DNA from: Methanobacteriota archaeon
GTDB taxonomy: Archaea > Thermoplasmatota > Poseidoniia > Poseidoniales > Thalassarchaeaceae
NCBI GenBank assembly: GCA_018650285.1
Contig: JABIGF010000014.1
Location: 683 to 64,682, forward strand
Direction of reading: 5' to 3'
Length of the DNA: 64,000 nucleotides
The translations under genes were made by a program, and so were the position numbers. This document shows, in pieces, positions 9,560 to 19,583 of this stretch. Within the stretch, counting starts at the first letter, position 1, and every line of letters starts with the position of its first letter. The notes under the pieces are model-generated. The model did not search any database. It was not told the DNA's origin and saw only the letters and a program-made list of their open reading frames with translations.

Positions 9560-12500
9560 TCAGTCAAGGCGGCGGAAAGAACCGCCATCTTCCATTTGCC
9601 ACTTCACACCATCTGCTTGCTTGTAAATAGTCACTCCATCAGCCTGTTCATAGTCTCCGCCACTTGGTAGATTCAGATATGATTCAATAACTTGCCCCCG
9701 GCTAATTGTTGAATCGACTTCACTGTCCGATGATGGTTCGGCCGTTATTTCTTCATCAACTATTTCCCCACCATCATTATTCTCAACTATTGATGGATGA
9801 ATATATGCAGCTTCAACGGATTCAATATCTGAATCAGATGTTTCACCAAATAACGATTCTTCATTATATTCTCCAATAATTGGCACCTTGCGATCACGTA
9901 ATGAGAACAATAAGGTGATAGCTCCGATACCAACTAATAACAGTGCCAAAGCAGAAATTATCCACACAATTGGGCTCTTCCCTGCAACATCTGCATTTGC
10001 ATCATCTTGTGGGTCTTTCTCGTCATCATCAACTACTCCATCAGTTGCGAACCTTGGAGATAGGAGAACTGCATTTGTTTCCCAGCCACCTATTGAGTTA
10101 TTACCCGATGCTATTACCTCTTCAAATCCGATTGAAAGGGAATGAATACCCGATATTGAGTCGCTCTCTTCCACATTACAATAGAATTCAGCCCTGCCAG
10201 CAGGCGTTACCTCTGTTACAGAAGAAGTGCAAACAAACGGCCCAACCGTAGAGTTTGGTGATAATTGAACAAATCCATTAGCTCCCCCACTATTTGTCAC
10301 CGCACAATTGACGAAATGTGTTGAGGTTGTTAAATTACCAATACCTCCATTATATGCGATGCCTATTTGTGTTATTTCTTCATCAAAATAACTGCACGAA
10401 ATATGCCATTCTGGCGCTGGTGGAGGCGTTGCAAAAACCTCCAATGAATCACTGCTTGAAGGAACCACCCAATCAGAAGTTGAAAGAGTCATTGAAATGG
10501 TATGTGCACCAATTGAAGGAATGTCAATTAGATAATTACCAGCCCCACCTGTTGGATAAATTACCTCAATAATTTCTCCATCTAATGATACCTCTAGTTG
10601 CATTGAACAACCAATTGAACACATTGCATCGTATGATACTTCAAACATTCCAGGATGCAAAGTAGTTGGAACAGGTGTCTGAATTGCAAATGTCAAAACC
10701 CCATCAGGTGGCAAGAGAGACATTGTTGCATCTGGCCCGGAAACAAAATCTGGTGCTATGTTCCCATACTCATCAACAACCTCAATCTCGAAATCGTATA
10801 CCCCTGGAGATAATGATGATGTATCAAGTAAATGAGTTCCTCCAAAGAGTGGTGAATAAGATGAACGCGCCCCCCTTATTCCATGAAGCATCGCTTCAGC
10901 CAAAGCATGATGGCCTGCATCTGTGAAATAGCCATTCTCATCTTTCCATTCTGGAGATGTAGGGCCATCATCGGATAGAGGAATAAGTGTCACCCAAGGC
11001 CTTGTTGCGGCAATATCATAGATGACCTTATTTTTCTCTTGGTTTACCTGATATGCTCCATAAGTATGACATCCTGCTGGGCCTGAATTAATGTGGCATA
11101 CATAGTCAGGATCCAAATGTACCACACCAATGTAAATCTGAGCGCCGGTTGATACTAAATTATCAAGTAAGATTGGATACGATGTTTGCCAAACACTTGT
11201 TGATGACGATGAATAATCACGCAATGGAATTAATGTAATGATATCGGGATTTGCTGCAATAATATCATCCTTCTTAGCAATGAAATCTTGAACTGCACCC
11301 CATGAATTTGAAATGTTTGTCAATTCAACTCCAGGCCATGTTTGATTGAGATGATTATGAATCAAACCAATTGTGCTATTATTTGCATTACTAGCCCCTA
11401 AGCCCATTGTTTCAGTTGAGCCAAGAGCAACGTACGAAGAGACGGCTTGAGAATCATTAGCAATGGTTTTTGAAAGTGAGGTTGTCAAAGAATAATCATT
11501 CGGCCCACTAACATGTAATGTTGCCGAAGAGTTGTCTGCCAAAGTAGCAAGCCACTCACCATATACTGCCCATGATTGGCTCGCAGTAGGATTGTTTGTG
11601 ACCTGTAAATTCCTCTCAGAAGGTGCCGTACTATCTATCAAATGAATCATATTTATTTCTGGTTCCGACCAGTTCCCTTCATTTTGATTGATGTCAATAG
11701 CGCGGAAAAGAATATCCCACCAACCAGATTCAGCAGAAGTTAGTGAAACTTTACCCATGTATAATTTTGAAACCTCGTCGTATGAAAGTTGAGTTACAAA
11801 TTCTTCCTCGGAATCAGATGGATTAATGATGTAAGCAAATACATCTAAATCCGTTCTCTCCTCAAGTGCAGATGCTGCGAATGTAATTTCTGTCCCAGCC
11901 TCTACTTCACAAATGGCTACAACTACTGTTTCACAACCACTTACTTGCATAGTTTCAAGTTCTGGGAATACAGGCTTCAGAATTAATGCCTCATACCATG
12001 CACTCACGCCTGAAGGATTACGTACGTTTCCAGCTGCATCCTCCATCCATAACCAAAGAGCCATTGAATCACCATATTCTGATGAATGTTGTCCAGTATC
12101 ATAAAAGCCAACATAGACATTGTGTAAAGTATCCCAAGACATTGTTGCTGTTGAGGCTGGAGGCCATGAAGAAATTACACTTAATCCCTCCATATACCAA
12201 TCAATTGTAGCATCAGATTCATTGCCTAATACGCTGACACGAATTTCGACAAGATCACCAACTCTAGCGTATGTGATTGGTGCGCCATCAACATAGAACG
12301 AAATATCACTAACTTCTGGTATGATGTCATCAATGAAATTAATCCATAAATCACTGAGTTCAATCCCATGGACATCTAAAGCAGAACCGCTAGATATCAC
12401 AGGGAATGTTGCAAAACTCGCTTCTGCCCATCGCCCACTAGTGACATTTACATGCTCATTTATAGACGCCAAAATGCTTCCATTCCCACCTAATCTTTCT

Positions 12501-15373
12501 GTTAATCTATACGGGATAATGACAAAATCTGAGTTGAAAGAACCCATCCAACCACCCGGTGCTGAACAACGAACTTCTAAATTACTCCAAGCAATTCCTG
12601 CTGAACCGTTTGTAGTGAAAGGAACCGTTGGCCAATGCATTTGAAGGAATGAATAATTCAATTCAATCGTTATTCCAATACTAGGGATTTCTGAACTATT
12701 AATAGTCAACAAATTTGTCCCATTAACTCTGAAATCAATATCAGTATCCGAAAAGAACATCGGAGGGATGACATGAATCCAAGCAGAACCTACAGGAGTT
12801 GCATTTGTTGGCACAAATGACCGTAATACGGTTGACCCTGGTGAAGCAATTGAGGTGACATTTCTAACTACACCAAAATCCTTCTGGAAATACCAAAATT
12901 CATTACTACCTGTGGTGTTAGCAATTGCAAGGGAAAAATCGTCAATAGAATTCCAATTAGATGCATTAATATTGATTGATGATACTGTCGGTGTCGTTGT
13001 ATTATTAGTTGTTGAAAGCCACATATTGAATTGTAATAATGCGAATGCTGGCAATACATCCCCTGATAAATTGAATGATAACCACGGTGACCAATTCGAA
13101 CCATCTAGAGAGTATTTGTAAGTCGCAATAATGGATGTATTCAAAGGTTCATTATGAGGTACAGAAACCTTCACTTCAACAGACTTCAGACCAACTTGGC
13201 CAAAGACTGGGCTAGTGAAATTACCATTGTAAATATAGGATACTGAACCTGTCCAACCAGCAAAAGTCCCTGGTCCTGAAAAGCCATTTGAACCTGCAGT
13301 CCCTACTGAACCTGCAACACCTGTACCATAAGGTGCACCACCCAAACCACCGCCACCACCGGCTACACTGATTGCGCCATTGTTAGTCAATTGGCCTGCC
13401 ATTGAAATTAGTAGTATTATTCCACCAGCGCCGCCGCCACCTCCGTGACCGCCATCATACATGAAAAGACATGGATTTCCTGGTGCGCAATTTCCATCTT
13501 CACCATCACCTCCATCTCCACCTTCTGCACTCAAAACCGCATTGCCACCAATGTAAATGATATTTGATAACAAAGCGATAGAACCGCCGCTACCGCCTCC
13601 AGCACCACTGCCACCAGGGCCACTACCACCAGGAGGTGTTGCACCATTGTCACCGCGGCCACCATTTGCAGAAAGTGTACCATTCAAGTAAATTTCACGC
13701 GCAAATAATTCAATGACACCACCGCCATATCCGCCATTAGCATCATTACTTGTTTGACCATTTGAATTAGTAAAAGTAACATTTCCTCCAGAAGAGCCGG
13801 GTTCGGAACCATTTCCGTAATTAGTTCCCCCTGAACCGCCATTTGTGCCACCACCAGAACCACCTTGGGCGCCATGACCTCCACCGCCAGCACCTGGACT
13901 CTTACCGTTAGTGCCACGAGATGTTGAACTTCCTGAACCATAATTCCCTAATACCATCTCATCAGCAATAATAGCAGTACCCAATTCTATTTTGATTACA
14001 TTAGCATAAATTCGCAACGGCCCACCTGAAGATGTTATTTCGCCACAACTTGCAATCCCACATAACAGATGAAGAGTATCATAAGAATGGTTTCCACTCA
14101 TTGATACAGGAGAGGAAATTACAGTATTATTTGTGCCAGCATTGGGGACACTACCGCCACCTGAATTGTTAAGGCGTAATTGATTAGATGTGTCAACTGT
14201 TGTTCCAATCATTGTTGAATTCGGAGCCATTAATTGCATACCATTGGTTGTGTTTGACCACATTTGCAATCCTGATGCAGTGACATTCATCTCGGCCTCA
14301 TCTATGCGTTGTCCTGGCCGATTAGTGATCTCTGTTGACTCATTAAGAGCAGGGTGCAAAATAACTGATGGATCACCATTTGAAAAGGTGGTTGAACTAG
14401 TTGGTGGGGCTCGCATCCATGGATAGTAAATATACGAAGTTTCATTGAATACTGTTGCTGCTGCTGCCTCTTGCAAATACATTGCAAAGGATGCTGAAAT
14501 ACCATTTGGTCGCGTATTCCCTACTGGTGAATCACCCGTAATGGTAGCATGTAATACACAAGTAGTGAGATAACTGCCGTATATTGATGGATGACTACCA
14601 TCAGATGTGTATAGATTGGAGAAAGAATTTCCAGCATTTTCAGGGGTGATACCTGCTGCCAATACATCATTGTATACATGTTTGAAAGCTTCTCCAGCAG
14701 GAGCAATCCAAGCAGGCCTATTCGCTGTTGATACATTTTCTGAATAGAGACGATATCCAGAATTTAAATTCGCCTGCATTGTAAGGAAATCAGGATTTCG
14801 AAAAGCGTTTTGAGAATCACCATCTTTTCTCCCCCAAGTCATCAAGAATATTGTCTCAGCACCACCTGCTGCAACCATTCCATCAAGCACTATTGCGCCA
14901 TTCTTACTCGCCTGCCAATACTGATTACTAGTTGGAAAACTTGGAACTTGACTTTGGTCTTGTAAGACCACCCAGTCCCATTGACCATTGTTAAGAGTCG
15001 TATTCCATTGATGGCCGGCAGTTTGTGCATCTGATGCATGGCCATCTAATTTCATCCCACCAGAAGTTAGACTCTGCACATTTGCTGAATTATCATATTC
15101 TCTCAATGAATCTTGAACCAAAGAGGCTAGATTGTTGGCGGAAGTGTAAGAATTACCAAGAAGCAACACCTCATAACCTTGATTTGCTGAAGAAGGTGAT
15201 TGCATATCTTCATCTAGGTATTCTTCAAACTGACCAATGATGCTCAGAAGAGGTACAAGGACAGTACTGATTATCATCAGCCCAGCAATCAATAGAGCCT
15301 GTTTCGGCTTCACTTGGGCCTTGAGGTCCAACCGCTGCGCCATATCCAAACTAATTGCCGCATCCTTGCTCAT
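9560..15373 (-). CDS. Giant membrane-anchored protein: N-terminal SGNH hydrolase (DUF4886-like), glycine-rich domain, Ig-like modules and a degenerate second SGNH domain
   Basis: LLGNSYT, WDWVVLQDQS and DGSHPS SGNH blocks; long GGxGG tracts; a second SGNH-like block VALGSTETMG; C-terminal TM segment. Confidence 0.78.
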   Translation of the reverse strand: MSKDAAISLDMAQRLDLKAQVKPKQALLIAGLMIISTVLVPLLSIIGQFEEYLDEDMQSPSSANQGYEVLLLGNSYTSANNLASLVQDSLREYDNSANVQSLTSGGMKLDGHASDAQTAGHQWNTTLNNGQWDWVVLQDQSQVPSFPTSNQYWQASKNGAIVLDGMVAAGGAETIFLMTWGRKDGDSQNAFRNPDFLTMQANLNSGYRLYSENVSTANRPAWIAPAGEAFKHVYNDVLAAGITPENAGNSFSNLYTSDGSHPSIYGSYLTTCVLHATITGDSPVGNTRPNGISASFAMYLQEAAAATVFNETSYIYYPWMRAPPTSSTTFSNGDPSVILHPALNESTEITNRPGQRIDEAEMNVTASGLQMWSNTTNGMQLMAPNSTMIGTTVDTSNQLRLNNSGGGSVPNAGTNNTVISSPVSMSGNHSYDTLHLLCGIASCGEITSSGGPLRIYANVIKIELGTAIIADEMVLGNYGSGSSTSRGTNGKSPGAGGGGHGAQGGSGGGTNGGSGGTNYGNGSEPGSSGGNVTFTNSNGQTSNDANGGYGGGVIELFAREIYLNGTLSANGGRGDNGATPPGGSGPGGSGAGGGSGGSIALLSNIIYIGGNAVLSAEGGDGGDGEDGNCAPGNPCLFMYDGGHGGGGGAGGIILLISMAGQLTNNGAISVAGGGGGLGGAPYGTGVAGSVGTAGSNGFSGPGTFAGWTGSVSYIYNGNFTSPVFGQVGLKSVEVKVSVPHNEPLNTSIIATYKYSLDGSNWSPWLSFNLSGDVLPAFALLQFNMWLSTTNNTTTPTVSSININASNWNSIDDFSLAIANTTGSNEFWYFQKDFGVVRNVTSIASPGSTVLRSFVPTNATPVGSAWIHVIPPMFFSDTDIDFRVNGTNLLTINSSEIPSIGITIELNYSFLQMHWPTVPFTTNGSAGIAWSNLEVRCSAPGGWMGSFNSDFVIIPYRLTERLGGNGSILASINEHVNVTSGRWAEASFATFPVISSGSALDVHGIELSDLWINFIDDIIPEVSDISFYVDGAPITYARVGDLVEIRVSVLGNESDATIDWYMEGLSVISSWPPASTATMSWDTLHNVYVGFYDTGQHSSEYGDSMALWLWMEDAAGNVRNPSGVSAWYEALILKPVFPELETMQVSGCETVVVAICEVEAGTEITFAASALEERTDLDVFAYIINPSDSEEEFVTQLSYDEVSKLYMGKVSLTSAESGWWDILFRAIDINQNEGNWSEPEINMIHLIDSTAPSERNLQVTNNPTASQSWAVYGEWLATLADNSSATLHVSGPNDYSLTTSLSKTIANDSQAVSSYVALGSTETMGLGASNANNSTIGLIHNHLNQTWPGVELTNISNSWGAVQDFIAKKDDIIAANPDIITLIPLRDYSSSSTSVWQTSYPILLDNLVSTGAQIYIGVVHLDPDYVCHINSGPAGCHTYGAYQVNQEKNKVIYDIAATRPWVTLIPLSDDGPTSPEWKDENGYFTDAGHHALAEAMLHGIRGARSSYSPLFGGTHLLDTSSLSPGVYDFEIEVVDEYGNIAPDFVSGPDATMSLLPPDGVLTFAIQTPVPTTLHPGMFEVSYDAMCSIGCSMQLEVSLDGEIIEVIYPTGGAGNYLIDIPSIGAHTISMTLSTSDWVVPSSSDSLEVFATPPPAPEWHISCSYFDEEITQIGIAYNGGIGNLTTSTHFVNCAVTNSGGANGFVQLSPNSTVGPFVCTSSVTEVTPAGRAEFYCNVEESDSISGIHSLSIGFEEVIASGNNSIGGWETNAVLLSPRFATDGVVDDDEKDPQDDANADVAGKSPIVWIISALALLLVGIGAITLLFSLRDRKVPIIGEYNEESLFGETSDSDIESVEAAYIHPSIVENNDGGEIVDEEITAEPSSDSEVDSTISRGQVIESYLNLPSGGDYEQADGVTIYKQADGVKWQMEDGGSFRRLD

Positions 15374-15476
15374 GCACCCGCTACTAAATACATGCTTAAT
15401 GTAGCAGTTGGTTGATTGATTAGGTCAAAATATTCAATAAAACGGCAAAATTTAATGAATATGAATGGTTATCATT

Positions 15477-18146
15477 TCAAACAAGGTTTCGTAATACCGT
15501 TTGAAGAATACCACCATTGTTGTAATAATCAACTTCAACAGGAGTATCCAAACGAATAATTGTATCAAATTCAACTGTCTCCCCGTTACTCTTGTGAGCG
15601 GTTACGTTAATTGTGCTCAACGGCGTCATTTCTCCATGTGCAGGAATATCGAAAGTCTCGCTCCCGTCTAACCCAAGTGTCTCTGCATCTTCACCTGGTT
15701 TGAAAGTCAATGGAAGAACACCCATGCCAACTAAATTGGAACGGTGAATCCTTTCAAACGATGTTGAAATTACTGCTCTTACGCCAAGAAGATAAGTCCC
15801 TTTTGCCGCCCAATCACGACTGCTACCAGTGCCATACTGTGAACCAGCAAGCACGACTAGAGGGATACCCGCCTCTTGGTATTTCATACTCGCATCAAAG
15901 ACTGACATTACCTCACCGCTTGGGTAATGAGTTGTTACCCCACCCTCTGTACCGGGTGCTGTTTTATTGCGAATCCTAACATTAGCAAAAGTGCCTCGCA
16001 TCATTACTTCATGATTACCACGACGACTACCAAATGAGTTGAAATCACCCACCTCAACACCATGCTCTGTGAGATACTTTCCTGCTGGGCCATCCTTAGG
16101 GAACGCCCCTGCTGGTGAGATGTGGTCTGTGGTTGTAGAGTCACCCAGCATTAACAATACATTGGCGCCCACAATTTCTTCCACAGGCGCTGGCTTTGGA
16201 GTGATTCCTTCAAAGAAAGATGGTAATCGAATATATGTTGAATCATCTTGCCAATCGTAAAGGTCACTGCGCTCACTAGGTATTGAATTCCAGCGCGGTT
16301 CATCGGTTGCATCGGAATACCTCTCTCTAAACATTTCAGGATTTATTGAATCTGAAACTGTTGCTCGCACCTCTTCATCAGAAGGCCAAATATCAGCAAG
16401 GAACACATCGTTTCCATCCGAATCCTGACCAATTGCATCATTTTCTAAATCAATGTTCAGAGTGCCTGCCAAAGCATACGCGACTACTAGTGGGGGGCTA
16501 CCAAGATAACTGCCTTTCACTTTTTGATGGACACGCCCTTCGAAATTCCTATTTCCTGAAATTACACTTCCAACGATTAAATTTCCTTCATCTATTGCCG
16601 CCTCAATATTTGCAGCCAAAGGGCCTGAATTACCGATACAAGTTGTACAACCATATCCGACTGTATTGAATCCAAGAGCTGCCAAATCGCCATCAAGCCC
16701 AGCCGCCTCATAATATGAGGTTACCACTCTACTTCCCGGCGCCAAACTTGGTTTAACCCAAGGCTTGATTTTCATACCCTTTGCATGTGCATTTCTCGCC
16801 ACTAATCCTGCCGCTAACATTACAGATGGATTGGAAGTATTGGTACACGAAGTAATTGCAGCAATAACCACATCACCATGTTGCAAACAATAATCCTCGT
16901 CTTCAACTGCTATTTTTGCGCTTACAGCATCGGCCTCAAGACCATGCCCCTGATGGCCAACTGGGGCTGTCAAACTGTTAATCCAATGAGATTGCATATC
17001 TGAAAGATTTACACGGTCTTGCGGTCGCTTTGGACCAGCCAAAGCAGGCTCCACATCTGCCAAATCAAGTGAGAGAAGTGAGGTGAATTTTGGTGTATCT
17101 GAATCGTCTGTCAAGAACATACCTTGAGCACTCAAAAAACGCTTAACATTCTCAACATGTTCTTCATCTCGGCCAGAAAGACGCATGTAATCAAGTGCAG
17201 ATTCATCAACAGGGAAAAAGCCGCAAGTCGCACCATATTCTGGTGCCATATTTGCAATTGTAGCGCGGTCTGGTAGAGTCAAATTTGAAAGGCCACTACC
17301 AAAAAATTCTACGAATTTTCCAACCACGCCGTGCTCACGCAATAACTCAACAATAAGCAAAGTCATGTCAGTCGCCGTCACTCCAGGCTTCAAAGAGCCC
17401 TTTAATTCAAAACCAACAACTTCGGGCAAGAGCATGTAAATCGGCTGACCAAGCATTACCGCTTCAGCCTCAATTCCACCTACGCCCCAACCTAGAACAC
17501 CAAGACCGTTAATCATCGTTGTATGGGAGTCGGTGCCTACTAGTGAGTCGTTTAGCCATACTCCATTCTCTTCACGTGCGACACTAGCAAGCCACTCTAG
17601 GTTCACTTGATGGACAATACCCCTTCCCGGAGGAACGGCGCGAAAATTGTCTAGACTTTGTTGACCCCACTTGAGGAATTGATATCTCTCCATGTTTCGG
17701 CGATATTCAATTTCCATATTCATTTCACGAGCATCCTCAAAGAGTCCTGAAATGTCAACTTGCACTGAATGATCAATTACCAAGTCTACCGGAACTTGTG
17801 GGTTGACTTTCTTTGGGTCGCCACCCAATTCAACCATCGCATCACGTAAAGCAGCGATATCAACAACTGCTGGAACACCAGTGAAATCTTGTAAGATTAC
17901 GCGACTAGGCATAAATGGGATTTCAACCGGTTCCATGGTTGGATTCCAATTAGCAATTCGGCTAACATCTTGGTCTGTAACAAGAAAACCATCGGCTTTT
18001 CGAAGTGCTGCTTCCAACAATACTCTAATTGAATAAGGGAGGTCAGAAAGAGAGATATCCCACATTGATTCCATGGCCGGCAATGAATAGAATTTGCCGC
18101 TACTTCCATCGCTCAACTCGAATTCACGGACTGCGTTCATCATCAT
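15477..18146 (-). CDS. acnA: Aconitate hydratase A
   Basis: Motifs [47 protein letters not shown] and [10 protein letters not shown]. Start is ambiguous (18152, 18146 or 18140). Confidence 0.97.
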   Translation of the reverse strand: MMMNAVREFELSDGSSGKFYSLPAMESMWDISLSDLPYSIRVLLEAALRKADGFLVTDQDVSRIANWNPTMEPVEIPFMPSRVILQDFTGVPAVVDIAALRDAMVELGGDPKKVNPQVPVDLVIDHSVQVDISGLFEDAREMNMEIEYRRNMERYQFLKWGQQSLDNFRAVPPGRGIVHQVNLEWLASVAREENGVWLNDSLVGTDSHTTMINGLGVLGWGVGGIEAEAVMLGQPIYMLLPEVVGFELKGSLKPGVTATDMTLLIVELLREHGVVGKFVEFFGSGLSNLTLPDRATIANMAPEYGATCGFFPVDESALDYMRLSGRDEEHVENVKRFLSAQGMFLTDDSDTPKFTSLLSLDLADVEPALAGPKRPQDRVNLSDMQSHWINSLTAPVGHQGHGLEADAVSAKIAVEDEDYCLQHGDVVIAAITSCTNTSNPSVMLAAGLVARNAHAKGMKIKPWVKPSLAPGSRVVTSYYEAAGLDGDLAALGFNTVGYGCTTCIGNSGPLAANIEAAIDEGNLIVGSVISGNRNFEGRVHQKVKGSYLGSPPLVVAYALAGTLNIDLENDAIGQDSDGNDVFLADIWPSDEEVRATVSDSINPEMFRERYSDATDEPRWNSIPSERSDLYDWQDDSTYIRLPSFFEGITPKPAPVEEIVGANVLLMLGDSTTTDHISPAGAFPKDGPAGKYLTEHGVEVGDFNSFGSRRGNHEVMMRGTFANVRIRNKTAPGTEGGVTTHYPSGEVMSVFDASMKYQEAGIPLVVLAGSQYGTGSSRDWAAKGTYLLGVRAVISTSFERIHRSNLVGMGVLPLTFKPGEDAETLGLDGSETFDIPAHGEMTPLSTINVTAHKSNGETVEFDTIIRLDTPVEVDYYNNGGILQTVLRNLV

Positions 18147-18262
18147 CCCCAATGCGACGGGGAAGGGTGAGCACTTTCAACATCACGCCCTAAAGAACTG
18201 TGTTAATACAGGCTAATACCAAAGGGCATTAAGCACAATAGTGCTTCCAAATCTTCCTATAT

Positions 18263-19333
18263 CTAAGGTAGAATTAGATGCATGTAAGCCACATCACCAT
18301 CAATTTCTATACTGTGAATGTAAGGAGGATTCAACGGCTTATTTTGTTCATCTGTTGTAACAATGCTGATTTTATCAATCAATTCAATTCCGCCAATTGA
18401 ACTGCCAAGATATGTGCTATCATCATTAGCCATTCCAAAGACTGTGTGTGCTCCATTAAGATGAGAGGGTGTGCTGTCTTTATCGACAAGGTAGAACTGG
18501 CTACCTCCTGTGTTAGGACCCGAATTTGCCATTGAGAGAGCGCCCGGTACATGGCAAGCTCCAACCCATTGACCTGACCCTTCAGGAGTTTCTATACAAC
18601 TAAACTCGTCTGGCATACTCCATGTAGTCATGTCAGTTTGGTCACCTTGACCATACCAAATTGCAGAATAGCCACCAGTACCAGCACCTCCGCCGGTCAA
18701 TGGATAAGCACCATTCTCAATGTCGCCGCCTTGAACCATGAATCCGTCAATAACTCTGTGGAATGCAATCCCATCATATCGGCCATTGCGAGCGTGGTCC
18801 TTGAATGAATCAACAGTCTTTGGTGCTGCTTCGGGATAGAGTTCGATGGCAATCGTTGCGTCCCAATCATCAGATGATTCTGAAGTTAGATGAAGGGCGG
18901 CCTTGATTTCTGGCATATATTTGATACTAGTCAACAGCAACATTCCAACAACAAGAATCGCCACCATACCATATATGGTAGGAGTGCCATCATCGATTAA
19001 TATTGGAAGCGATGAAGTACGTATTCCTAAACCATCCATCTTTGCTTGGATAGCGTTTGAAGCACGACGAGCGTTTCGGTGTTTAGGGTCCTTCTTTAGA
19101 GCGCTCTGGTATGCTTTATTTGCATCTCTCAACATCTTTCTGTTAACCGGCTCTGCAGCTTCAGCCAATGCTTGCTTTGCATCGCCGACCAAAGTCCAAG
19201 TGTTTGCGTGGTCGGCTTTATCGCCATGCTCAGACCAAGCACTCCTCAAAGTTTTCAATGCATCATCGTATTCACTAGCGTCAATCTGCTTCTCAGCGGC
19301 CTCCCATGCATCTTTCAAGCCGGATGGAATCAT
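18263..19333 (-). CDS. Cyclophilin-type peptidyl-prolyl isomerase with N-terminal TPR-like region and one TM segment
   Basis: Cyclophilin motifs FHRVIDGFMVQGGD, GALSMANSGPNTGGSQF and HLNGAHTVFG; N-terminal helical repeats and a hydrophobic segment. Confidence 0.9.
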   Translation of the reverse strand: MIPSGLKDAWEAAEKQIDASEYDDALKTLRSAWSEHGDKADHANTWTLVGDAKQALAEAAEPVNRKMLRDANKAYQSALKKDPKHRNARRASNAIQAKMDGLGIRTSSLPILIDDGTPTIYGMVAILVVGMLLLTSIKYMPEIKAALHLTSESSDDWDATIAIELYPEAAPKTVDSFKDHARNGRYDGIAFHRVIDGFMVQGGDIENGAYPLTGGGAGTGGYSAIWYGQGDQTDMTTWSMPDEFSCIETPEGSGQWVGACHVPGALSMANSGPNTGGSQFYLVDKDSTPSHLNGAHTVFGMANDDSTYLGSSIGGIELIDKISIVTTDEQNKPLNPPYIHSIEIDGDVAYMHLILP

Positions 19334-19503
19334 GAACCGCCGACAAGCGTCTCATTGATGAAACCCACGCTCCCAAGAAAGAGAGAAAGTACCATGAAAA
19401 AAAACTCAAATATTCACTTTTTAGGCTATTTATCACACCTTTTATTGAAAATAAATAAAAAATAGATTTATCGTTCAAAGAATTGAACTAAGCAAAATAT
19501 GAA

Positions 19504-19575
19504 GAGTCTCGTGCCACGCCCGAAAGCGCAAGGGAGAGGTTACTGTCCGTAGGACAAACCCGACAAAGGGGACTC
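19504..19575 (+). promoter_or_regulatory. Candidate structured 5' leader of the korAB operon
   Basis: Closing stem GAGTCTC/GGGACTC with internal helices (TGTCC-GTA-GGACA; CCC/GGG). GC-rich within an AT-rich spacer; begins 24 nt after TTCAAA. Confidence 0.45.
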
Positions 19576-19583
19576 AGAACAAG

